64,000 nt of DNA from Octopus sinensis. Lineage: Eukaryota. Of this stretch, positions 53,503 to 64,000 are shown in pieces. A program made the translations under genes and the position numbers. Where the stretch lies: the NCBI RefSeq assembly GCF_006345805.1, contig NC_043002.1, positions 54,746,001-54,810,000 on the forward strand. Direction: 5' to 3'. The notes beneath the pieces were generated by a model. That model saw nothing but the letters and a program-made list of their open reading frames with translations. It made no database searches and was not told the origin of the DNA. Each line of letters starts with the position of its first letter. The first letter of the stretch is position 1.

Positions 53503-54367
53503 TATTTCCATAAATGCATAAAACTAAAGCCCCATTTGAGGAACGCAACATAAAAAGGCATCATTATCAACATTCTCTTTGCTACAAGTGGTGTCATGTG
53601 TCATGCTTTTAAAATTGGTTTCCCAGGTTTACATTGCCAGATGGTTTACTTGAAGGAGTAACTGGTGGTTGTTTTCACAGCTGGAGGTCTCTTCTTACAT
53701 CTCACTAATCAAACTGGCAAGTGAAATTAAGATCCTGTTTTATTTTCTGTTTCAATCAAATAAACTGTAGAAAGTGCCATTCTTCAGAAACATTAGAAGG
53801 AACCTTATAAAATGATACTGATCTCAACCATTTTCATTTTAATTCCTGAAATCCATTGCAAAATAGAACATATATTCAGAAAATTCTATTAATCTTAATT
53901 CCACGGATTTGGAGGATGGTAATCATAATAATCTACAGATGTAAACACACCACTGACAGATATGAACTCTGATTCCATTCACTCGTTTGGAAAGCACTTC
54001 TAGGACCAGGGTGGGAAGCAACTTGCCCCAATCAATTCATGTCAAAGAGTTTCGATTTTAATATTAACTGAAAACCTCATTACTAGAAGAATAATGTGAT
54101 GAAATCTCAGTCAGTAAGATTTCCATCAAAATGTCATGTAGAAATCTTTTATTTAGTTGTATTTGCATAGGAAAACCATCAATGGAAAAAATTAGTTATT
54201 TTGATAAACCCATTCAATTCAATATTTTAAAAATGAATTGAAACAGACAGAGAGGTGTGTTGTTTGGTAAAAATGACCAGAGTTTAAACTGTTGTCCCCA
54301 ATTTGGAACCAAGATTAACAATGAATTTTATGCAATGCCATTGTATTCCATAATGGTAAATAAGACA

Positions 54368-54617
54368 TTAAGGCTCAATGGAATTGGTAATACTGCTATT
54401 GGAATTCAGTGTTAAAACGTTGTTTAAAACCATGTTGATGAAAAGAATAAAACATCCTTTTGCTGATGGCGCCAACAGACTCCAGAGCTGTTTGTTATTT
54501 TCTTGCAGCTTCAAGACATCATTAACTGAAAGGCACTGGATATGTGTTGATTCATCTGCTTCACTCTGGTTTCCTTGAAGATACAACTGTAATACTTTGG
54601 ATGAGGGTAAACTGCAT
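54368..54617 (-). CDS. NUDT22: NUDT22 exon 3 (last coding exon)
   Basis: Acceptor ttgtttag|; phase 2 joins AG+A; CSLPSSKVLQLYLQG...EADEST...LAPSAKG; TAA at 54368-54370. Confidence 0.88.
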
Positions 54618-55185
54618 CTAAACAAGGAGGACAAAGTGCTTTATAGATATACTAGTATACCCATGTCGTCAAAAATGATGGCATTTTACAATAAAGAAAC
54701 TGAATCTGGTATTCAATAAATATATTAACATAGCATGCATTCCATATATTTGATTTAGACTTATCATAGAATTATGTGCTGAGGCAGCAAGTGAAAAGAT
54801 ATGCCAGCAGACAGGAACCACTCCTTGCACAGGTAAAAATACAAAAGCTTGCCTGGTACTGTCATACATCTCCTGCTACAATCCTTGTCTAAAACCATTC
54901 TTCAGGGCCCAGTTGAGGAAGGGCGAAAAGCAGAGAAAATCCTGATCTGACAACATCAAAGACTGGACAGGTCACAATACAGTAAACCTGTTATGCATGA
55001 GAGAGAACAGAGACCAGTGGCGATGGCTGGCTATGAAAGTGTCTAGAGTGGCACGCCAATGACTGGCTGCATCAGTTAAGGGATCTCGACAATGATAGAA
55101 CTGTATGCATAAATGTATGTCCATTTGTGTGTGTATACACATATACATATCATCAACATCATCACACCACCACTACATCCATATG

Positions 55186-55382
55186 TACATTATTTACATT
55201 TGATGGATTTTTGTCCTCATCTTGTTTGTTGTTAACACAATGTTTCAGCTGATATACCCTCCAACCTTCATCAGGTGTCTTGGAGAAATTTCGAACCTGG
55301 GTTCTCATTCTTAAGGTATTTTTTTTCGATGTTATTATTATTATTATCATTCAGGTCACAGCCTGGAATTGAACTCAGAACC
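55186..55382 (-). mobile_element. tRNA-head (5'-truncated) / hammerhead-tail element in NUDT22 intron 2
   Basis: Same tail as 46571-46886; HHR at 55234-55279. Confidence 0.75.
55234..55279 (-). ncRNA. Family A minimal hammerhead with intact CUGAUGA and GAAAC boxes
   Basis: GACAC-CTGATGA-A-GGTTG(gagggtatat)CAGCT-GAAAC-ATT-GTGTT. Confidence 0.6.
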
Positions 55383-56651
55383 AGTTTCAGCTGGGTTAAT
55401 GCTAGAAATGTAAAACTTTTGAATTTTTTTGTAACATTCACATACGAGTCTATCACAATGTATAAATGTTCAAAGTATGGCTTTGATGCCAAATATTGCT
55501 GGAATAATTATTCTTTATCTTCAGAAAGGTTTTTGAGGTTTAAATTTATGAAATTATTTTATATAAATATTTTCGTCTGAAACAAAAAAGCGTACAATAA
55601 ATCATACGCTAGACATTAATGGGTTAAGACAAAATAACAGAACAGCTGACACTCTGTCGGTTATGATGATGAGTGTTTTTGTTGATCTGAATGGCCTGCT
55701 TGTGAAATTAACATGCAAGTGGCTGAGTCTCCACAGACATGTGCACTCTTAATGTAGTTCTCAGGGAGATTCAGAGTGACACAAAATGCTAACCCTTTGA
55801 AATAGGGGTCCAATTCATTTTTGCCAGCTGAGCAGATTGGAGTAATGTGAAATAAATTGTCTTGCTCAAAGACACAGCACACCACCTGAAATCAAACCCA
55901 TGACCTCATGATAACGAGTCAAACACCCTAACCCCTGAGCCATGTGCCTCTGACACAGTATTGTCTATTTAGCCACATGCCATAAGCACTTGTGCATTTG
56001 GAGGTTAGTGTTTCACTAACTAGCATAGACTTGATGCATTGGCACTAGAGAGAATGCCATGTTCTTCACTTTACATTGTCCCCCTCATTCACGAACCACT
56101 CAACAGTGTCCTGGGACATTTTATCATGGCACCAGCACTAGTGGATTGTCTTGCATTCTGTAAGACTAAAGAGTCTTCAGAACTTCACGCTATTTCACCT
56201 TTCAATGAGTAATGAACAGGAGTAGTATTTTTGCATTGTAGGTGGCATTCTCTTAATGGCATCTGGTCAACAAATAATCCTGGAGACTTTTATGAAAAAT
56301 ACCCAGTGTCTGACGTGGAATTTTTATGAGAACACCATCTTATTAGTTGTAGCTGGTTGTTTGTGTGTGTGTGTGTGTGTTATACAAGCAGTGTCATTCA
56401 TTTTCAATATTCTGCATAAACATGTCTAGCTATGAATAAATATTACTTGGCTTGGAAACAGATAAGGGTTGGCAACAGGAAGGACATCCTGCTGAAGAAA
56501 ATCTGCTTCAATAAACTCCAGTCAACCCAGGCAAGCATGGGAAAGTATATTTGATAATGCTATGATGATGATGATGATGGTGGTGGTGGTGATGATGATG
56601 ATGGTGGTGGTGTGTACTGTGAATTAAAATATGCAGAAAGGTTTCTCTTAC

Positions 56652-56857
56652 CTTACAAAGAACTCCAAACTTGGTCTGCCAGCACTTGTCAAATTGCTTG
56701 CAACGCCCATCAGTTCTGGTTCCAAAAGCGTATCTTCTGGAATGTTTACTTCATCTCTTATCTCTCGCACCACAGAGTTATACAATTCTTTGACAACAGC
56801 AGCAGGAGACATAGATTCTACATCAATTTTTTCCATTGTCACAGACCCAACCAATTC
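56652..56857 (-). CDS. NUDT22: NUDT22 exon 2
   Basis: tttatttctag|GAA...GTA AG|gtaaga; KELYNSVVREIRDEVNIP (second half of the split Nudix box), GRPSLEFFV. Confidence 0.92.
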
Positions 56858-57034
56858 CTAGAAATAAAAAAGCAATCCAAAATAATAGTACACACACTAA
56901 ACAACAGTAAACAAACAGGTAGTAAAGATCGTTTGCCAACATAACATGGCAGTCCTGGTTTAGGACGAATGTTGCTGTCATTTAACGCCAGAAGACGACA
57001 TCGTCTCCAGCTGGCTGCCTTAAATAATAATGAA

Positions 57035-57790
57035 AGATTTGCTTGTCAGTTGTTTGACCTAAATCGGTTGAGCATGGCCCTTAGTGGATGATGATATATG
57101 CATCTCTGATCACAAGCAGAAGTAGTGGGGAAGCATCATAATCATGTGTTGAGAGGAATTCTTTGGGGTTTGAATAATTCACCTCTGGATACATGGGTGT
57201 TTCATTCAACATCCTTAAACAACCCTTATTCAGATACCTTTTGAATGGGATGGGCTACTCCACCTGGAGAAAATTCTAACTGGGCCCCACCTGCAAGGTC
57301 ATGTGCTGTTTATCTTGATATGAGATCACCTTGTCACACACATATGGTTATGATGCATGTGCCTGGTGTACCCTTATAGGACGGGTAGTCATGATGGGTA
57401 TAGTGGGCTTCATATATTCTACTCCAGTGTCACTTTGATGGCATGCACTGCTCTCTCACTCAATAATAATAATAATAATAATATTGTTATTGTAGGTGTC
57501 CTACGTATGATAAAAAAAGAAACATTTAGACAACATCCCAGGAGAACAATGTCTCAAGGAAATTCAAAAGATTGCGTTGATAAGTACTGTCCACATCCTT
57601 AGAAAAATCCTATCAATTTAAATGTCTGTGTTGTATTATATGGAGCTGTTTCTCTACTGCCTTCGCCACTTCCCGTCAAACTTTCAGTTATATTTCAACA
57701 GCTCTTAACCGTCACTTACAATCAGATGCAGGGTGTGTCCCGGCAAATGATTGCATCAAACATACAGCTTAAAAGTAAACATAGTAATAC
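57035..57790 (+). mobile_element. 555-bp-type element plus a Dong/R4 3' end in (AAT)n, within NUDT22 intron 1
   Basis: EIQKIALISTVHILRKILSI* at about 57555-57622; (AAT)n tracts between and after the pieces. Confidence 0.7.
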
Positions 57791-58674
57791 TACTAATAAT
57801 AATAATAACAATCCTTTCTATTAAAGTCCTGAAATTTTGTGGGGGGGGGGGGAAGTAGTCGAATAGGTCGACCCCGGTGTTTCACTGGTACTTAATTTCT
57901 CGACCTACAGCAATAGTATACCTATTACCTATTGCTGTAGGTATACTAGCAACATCGTTGTAGTTGGAGTCTCTTTTGAGAATGTAATATGTTGTATATA
58001 AATCTACGTAGTGAGTAGGGAATGAAATAAGATCGTTTGGGGTTGAAACAACCACAAAAACTTTTGAATATTTTTACTTTCTCTAAGTGAAGTTTATTCC
58101 ATAAGTTTACAAAATTCTCAAAGAATTGTTTTAAAACTTTTTGATACTTTAAGGTAAATTATAAACTGAAATTTACCTTAATGACTCACTTTCTTTTCTT
58201 CTACTCTGACACATTTCTAAAGAGCATAATTTTGTTTTAAGATTGTCCCACTATATAAAACATGTCCCTGAGAGATTCCTTGAAAAAAAATTAAAACCTT
58301 TCTTAGGTTCTATAATAAATTAGACTTATTCCTGTAAAAGTCGACCAACTTCCTATTGAGGTATATCCTCGTTTTCTATCATGTATCATTCTGTAGTTTA
58401 TTTTCTATGTCAGGCTGTTGATCAATTCAAGTTTATACAGATAAAGAAAATAAAATTTGGAACCATAAAGAGAAACGTAGTTTAAGTAATCAAATTTTAA
58501 TTAGTAATACTTAATTAAGACTATGATTGATATTTATTAATTTTCCAATTAACAAGAAGCAGTCAGAAGGATGACGTGATATTCCACGTTTTACTGATTA
58601 CTTACAAATTGATTGGTTATTCACTAATTATTTACCAAAAAAGAACTCAATAAGTAAACAATTTGTAAACAAAC

Positions 58675-59148
58675 CTGAGGTTCCGCATGTCCACCAGGTA
58701 TGTCCCACAGACCAGGGGCTTCGGCACAGTTTTGGCTACGTTTTAAGAGAATAATTCTTTGATCGCTCGTTAATAACAACGAACCAACGCCCAAAGGATC
58801 TGACATACAGGCTTGAGAATTACCAAAGAGGGCGAGGCCAACAGTTTGCAGATGTTGGGACCGAAACGACCAGTTGGTTCCGAGAAAGTCTCTATAACAA
58901 GTAACTCCTAATTGTAAATTGACTCCTTTTTTATCTACAGACGGAAAAACAGCATGGACACGAAACTTGGTGCCATTATATAAAGTCATGTTCTTCGACT
59001 GCCTTATTTTCCAAACATTGTTTATTTCTTCTTCTAACTGATTTGGAAGAGGACGGCGATTAAAATCAGATTCCAGGAATACATGGCAATCAGTTTGTTT
59101 TATAAGATGTTTTGTCGCTTGGAAAATAATTGAAATATCTGGGTCCAT
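58675..59148 (-). CDS. NUDT22: NUDT22 exon 1 (UDP-glucose pyrophosphatase NUDT22-like); full CDS 930 nt, 309 aa
   Basis: MDPDISI...FNRR...YNGTKFR...LGVTCYRDFLGTNW...DPLGVG...RS..CAEAPGLWDIPGGHAEPQ|gt; phase 0 into exon 2. Confidence 0.93.
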
Positions 59149-59689
59149 AGTTCTGATTTCAGGAGGAAAACAAAAGGTGAAAGTTGTAAATATATTTTTT
59201 AAAATTCATTCTCCGTTATTTGTAAATTTTGTTTATATTTAAGTAAACCGACAGCATGTTTATTAATGAAAACTGAGAAATACGGTGTAAAGTGAAATAT
59301 GCGCTCGTCATTAAATATTCCGTCTTTCATGAATAGCCGGAACGTATTTATTTCCTTTATTGCCTACAGGTGGCTAAACATAGAGGGGACAAACAAGAGG
59401 ATTAAATCGATAACATCGATCCAATGCGTAACTGATACTTATTCTAATCGACCCCGACAAACAAAGTCGACTTCGGCGGAATTTGAACTCAGAACGTAAC
59501 GGCTGACGAAATACAGCTAAGCATTTCGCCCGGCATGCTAACGATTCTGCCAGCTCACCGCCTTTTTCCTGGCCATATTAACACACAATTAGCATGTATT
59601 TACGATATTTTTTAAATACGTAAACGACTGCACATACTTGTTTCAGCCAGAAAGTGAGGCCATGCTGGAACACAGCCTTTCAGTGTGGT

Positions 59690-60370
59690 CGGGTTTCTTT
59701 TCTACATTGCTTCTGGCGAAGTTGGAGCTACTCTTCTTTGTGCCTCTTATCACGATATCAGCTCATCTGGTATCTCAAATAAAAAACTGTCCAGACATTC
59801 TTTGAAGACCTCCACATCTACACCTTGCAAATCTCTGAGGTTGTTTGGTAGATTACAAAATAGTTGTGGACCCTTGAAACCCAAGCTGTCACAGTGCTGG
59901 GTCCTTATTCTAGCTGGAGAAGACGAGATCTTTGGTACATTGCAGTACTATCTTGTTCAGTGGTTGGTATAGCTTGCAATTCCAAAGTTGGCAGCTAAAC
60001 CTTCCAAGATCTTCCATATGTATTTCACTGCATATCTTTCCTGTTTTCTCTCCAGAAAGTAGAGTTTCACTTCCTTTAGCCTTTCCCAGAAGCTCTTCTG
60101 TTGCATTAAGTCAATCTTCTTTGTGTAGTGGTGCTGAACTGCCTTGAGTTCAGCCACCAGTATGACACTCTGTGGTGACCACAGTTGGGAGCAGTAATCC
60201 AGACAACTGAGCACGAAAGTTCTCCATAGGAGTAGCATGAATGATACCCTTTTTCTCGGTTCTGAATGGTCTCAAAATCCATCCAACAGCCTTCCTACGC
60301 AGTGTTGTCATCTTGGTGATTTGCACATGGAATGTCGTATCCTTACACATGTGAATGATTTCTCAGGTCA
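59690..60370 (-). mobile_element. CR1/L2-like LINE RT C-terminal relic
   Basis: LLLWRTFVLSCLDYCSQLWSP...ERLKEVKLYFLERKQER. Confidence 0.8.
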
Positions 60371-60379
60371 GGCGCTAAC

Positions 60380-61083
60380 TCTGAACAAAGACACGTTGAT
60401 GTGAGTTGTATTTAAGAAGGAAGGTGGAGGTGAGCTTCAGCCAAAAAAAAAACACAAGTATAAAATTTTCTGCGAAGGTAACAATGATGGAATGGATGGT
60501 GCGAGCATACTGCTACCAGAGAAATGGGTTGATAAGGTAATTGAGGTAGTCAAACTGTGCAATGGGGTACTTAAGCTTAAACTAGTTTTGCATAGTAACA
60601 ATTATCTTGGCCTATCCCCACCCGTCAACCAGTTCTGCCAAATGAACAAAAGTATCATTTTTATGATATTCTATTTTAGGCTGCCTCAAAGACAAATGAC
60701 GGTGACCTGGTGATTTCAATGGATATGTTGGGTAGCACCCAGGTGTCTTCTGTAGGGTACATGGGGGCCATAGATTTGGTTCCCAAAATGTGGAGGGAAC
60801 AAGACTGCTGGAGTTCTGTAATGCAAATGACCTGACGATCTGCAACACCAACTTCAGGAAATCAATCAGTCACCTGATAACATATAAATCCAGTGACCAT
60901 GCTGGCCAGATTGACCACATTCTCCGCAGAAAGCGAGATACATGGTTGCTTATAAAGACAAAGACCTTTGTTGATGAAGAGGCATGGAGGATTCCAAGAA
61001 GCAAATTAGTCTAGAAATGAAGGATCCCCAGGCTTAAGTCAGAGTTTTAAAGACATCCTAACTGAAGTATTTAATGAGGAGGA

Positions 61084-61120
<37 letters not shown>

Positions 61121-62160
61121 TGTTTTAAATCTGGGTTTTGTCCCCATTAATGGGGATGGCCAGATCTACCTCAATGCCATAGCAACTGCCCTCACACTAT
61201 CTCACCATCTTGCCCAATTTTGGGCGTCCTCCTTTTTACAAACCAACCCTCCCAATCTCCTCCTCCACCTGTCCCCTCCACCTGTCCCCTCCACCTGTCC
61301 CCTCCACCTTTTACTTGGTCTATCTTGCTTTTGCGCTCTATTTACCTCAAATGAAATCACTCTTCTCAGAACATGCTCTACGTTACAGATATGTAACATA
61401 CAGGATAACTGGGAGTTCCTATGAGAAAACTTACTGAGAGCCACAGACTAGGGTGACATGGTGGTGGAACAGTGTAGTTAACAGGGCCTTTAGAGCAAAG
61501 AAACAGGCCTGGAAGGACTGGATGTGTGGTGGTAGCCAGAACTGTATCAGGTTACTAGAAGAGAAACTGGGAAGCAGGTATACCTAGCCATTGAGGAAGC
61601 AGAAAGGAAGAAGTTTGCTAATGTTCTGCAGCATGAGGACCAGCAGCTTGAAGTGTTTTGGCTTGCAAGACAGTGTGTCAGGGAAAGTTGTGATGTTGTT
61701 GGAGAGAAGTGTGTTTGCATGGATGACGGTTCACTTGCAGTTAGTGATTCTGCAAAGAAAAAGGCTTGAAAGTGCCACTATGAAAAGCTGCTAAATGTAG
61801 AGAACACAAAGGGAGGAGAGTCTGCCTAATGTGGACCCAACAGAGGGACCAACTATCCAAAGAGACAGCAGCTTGGTAGATAAAGCCATAAAAGATATGA
61901 AGTCCCTGGTATATCAAGGATCACAGCTGAGATGCTTAAAATATCTGGCAGAGTAGGTTATGATCTAGTCACCTATATAGTTAATCAGGTTGTCCGTGAG
62001 GGAGTTATATCCAATGACTGGTGTAGCAGCACCATAGTCAACTGCTACAAAGGTAAAGGTGACACCTTAGATAGAAATAATTATAGAGGTATCAAATTGT
62101 TGGATCAGAAGATGAAAGTTATGGAGAAGTTCATAGCCCAACTGATTAGGTGGCAGAGCT
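60380..62160 (+). mobile_element. RTE-clade LINE relic (APE endonuclease and RT start), interrupted
   Basis: EGTRLLEFCNANDLTICNTNFRK...QIDHIL; WCSSTIVNCYKGKGD.LDRNNYRGIKLL. Confidence 0.85.
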
Positions 62161-62996
62161 CTCTGGTTAATTTACCCAATGAATTACAATTTCCTCAATC
62201 CTGTACACTATCAAGAGCAAGCATCAGCAAGGAGGGGGAAGAAAAGGGTTAAGGTTTCAGGTTAGCCAGAAGAGAGGAGAGGATGGGTACGAAGTAAGAT
62301 TGAAATATTTATATACTTAACCAAACACACATATAATTCCCACACATGTGTATATATGTGTATGCCTGCATGTATACAGCTCTCCTATCTATGCTTGCAT
62401 ATGTACAAGTTTATCTTGGCAGACAGTGCAAATGTGTTTAAAGAACAATTGAGCATAAGAGGCATCAGATGTATGCAAGAGAGAAGACTGTAGTGGTAAG
62501 GTCATGTGATACATTTGGACAAGGACAGCTGCATAAAGAAGTGCTGATCTCAAATTGTGGAGTGTAATTTCTGGTAGAGGAAGACCCAGGAAAACATGGG
62601 TTGAAGTGGTGAAAAATGATCTTCAGGAGGTGACAAATGGTAGAGATGATTTGGTTCTTTATGCATTTAAAAGAGGGCCCAAGCAGTGGAGAATGTCTTA
62701 ATTGGGTCCTCGTAGTTATCTTCCTTCAGCTTCTCTCATGGCTGATTCTTCCTATGTTTGATGAGCAAGTTCTGCTGCCAAGTCTGTAAGCAAAGAATCC
62801 TGCAATTTTGCTTCAAAGACCAAGATGTTTTCTTTCTCGAATTGTTTGACTCCTTTTTTCATGAGGGTTTTCTCTGTTATTCTGTCTTTAGCTAACATTA
62901 CCCAAGTTTTTGCATCAACATACCACTTAGTCAGGCTGCCTTTACATGCGTCTTTAAATCTCAGCTTTATACACACACACACACACACACACATTG

Positions 62997-63213
62997 TTGT
63001 GTCTAGGGAGAGTCATTCTCTTCTAGTGCCTTATTACTTAACACACTCACTGGTTTGATTTCCATTCATTTACTTATTTATTTTTTCTAAAATTTTTGCT
63101 GTCTTACAACATATTCGATAGAAAAAAAATAAATAAGTAAATCAGTGGAAATCAAATCAGTGAGTGTGTTAAATAATAAGGCACTAAAAGAAAATGACTC
63201 CCCCCAGACACAA
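62997..63213. repeat. Inverted repeat with arms of about 93 bp and a 29-bp spacer
   Basis: 62997-63089 is the reverse complement of 63119-63213 with scattered mismatches. Confidence 0.85.
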
Positions 63214-63629
63214 TAAAATATGCTTCGACACAAAAACTCACATAAAGAATCTTGCAATCGAAATACAAAAACGAAATTATATATATACATACAATACATA
63301 TATATACATACAAGGGCAAAAGAAAAAAGATTCCTATGCCAATATGCTGAGAATAGACTTTAATTCATCAATCACCTTTAAAGGTATTTTAATATGCTGG
63401 TCATTTTGATGAAATTTTTTTATCCTATATTAGAAGTGTATATATATATATATATAGGTTATGAGAGGTAATGGTGTCAATAAGACCCAAAGGTGTATAC
63501 CATTCTGCCTAAATAATGGATCTACAAATGCAATATCCCTTCATATCTCACATCTATTTTCATTCCTCCACCTCACTCTCTATTTTGTATCTTATCTAAA
63601 TTAACTATTGCTCAACTATTTTCTCATAC

Positions 63630-63679
63630 CATTTCCGATGAAGGGATATAAAAAATATCCCGGAAACAGCTGTAAGACC
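63630..63679 (+). ncRNA. Minimal hammerhead-like motif (family C)
   Basis: CCGATGA-A-GGGATAT(aaaaa)ATATCCC-G-GAAAC-AGCT-GTA; helix III is the palindrome ACAGCTGT. Confidence 0.6.
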
Positions 63680-63905
63680 TATTTATAAATGATCTAAAAA
63701 TCTTCACAGCGTTGGTTTTTTTATCTCATTCTGAAAAAATTATATATATATATATATATTTGGCGTTAGGAAGGGCATCCAGCCGTAGAAACATTGCCAG
63801 ATCAGACTGGGCCTGGTGCAGCCTTCTGGCTTCCCAGACCCCAGTTGCACTGTTCAACCCATGCTAGCATGGAAAGCGGACACTAAACGATGATGATGAT
63901 GATGA

Positions 63906-63941
<36 letters not shown>

Positions 63942-64000
63942 GATGTGGTGAATAAACTGTCATCTAAATTACACAAAAATGAAAATAACACTGACATCTC

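Larger units (their letters stand above)
1..64000. repeat. Very dense (AT)n, (GT)n, (CT)n, (AAT)n, (ATC)n and (TACA)n microsatellites throughout
   Basis: Directly visible; they account for most of the short low-complexity ORFs in the ORF track. Confidence 0.98.

Noticed and set aside
61264-61309. 13-bp tandem repeat (TCCACCTGTCCCC, about 3.5 copies)
   Set aside because: Ordinary minisatellite with no spacers, so not CRISPR-like.
1442-63409. Most 60-130 aa ORFs in the supplied track
   Set aside because: They are translations of microsatellites, SINEs or antisense LINE fragments.

Overview
AT-rich animal genomic DNA dominated by microsatellites and interspersed repeats. The SINE/LINE families look like those of Octopus; this comes from my recall of cephalopod repeats, not from a search. 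Two protein-coding genes point toward each other. One is a 3-exon NUDT22 (Nudix hydrolase 22, 309 aa) on the minus strand at 54368-59148. The other is an unrecognised ORF of about 165-173 aa in a single coding exon on the plus strand at 23728-24248, possibly fed by 5' exons near 2-3 kb. The rest is tRNA-derived SINEs, CR1, RTE and Dong/R4 LINE relics, Tc1/mariner, hAT, piggyBac and Helitron/Helentron-like non-autonomous elements, and a long foldback element. The most striking signal is a set of minimal hammerhead-ribozyme (HHR) motifs from about four Penelope-like families. Each has a self-complementary helix III, as in dimer-type hammerheads, and most have an unusual core. One family sits in a composite element with a Pol III tRNA-like head, an (AAT)n spacer, a hammerhead tail and an inverted partial terminal repeat. 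No CRISPR, rRNA or intact tRNA genes were seen.
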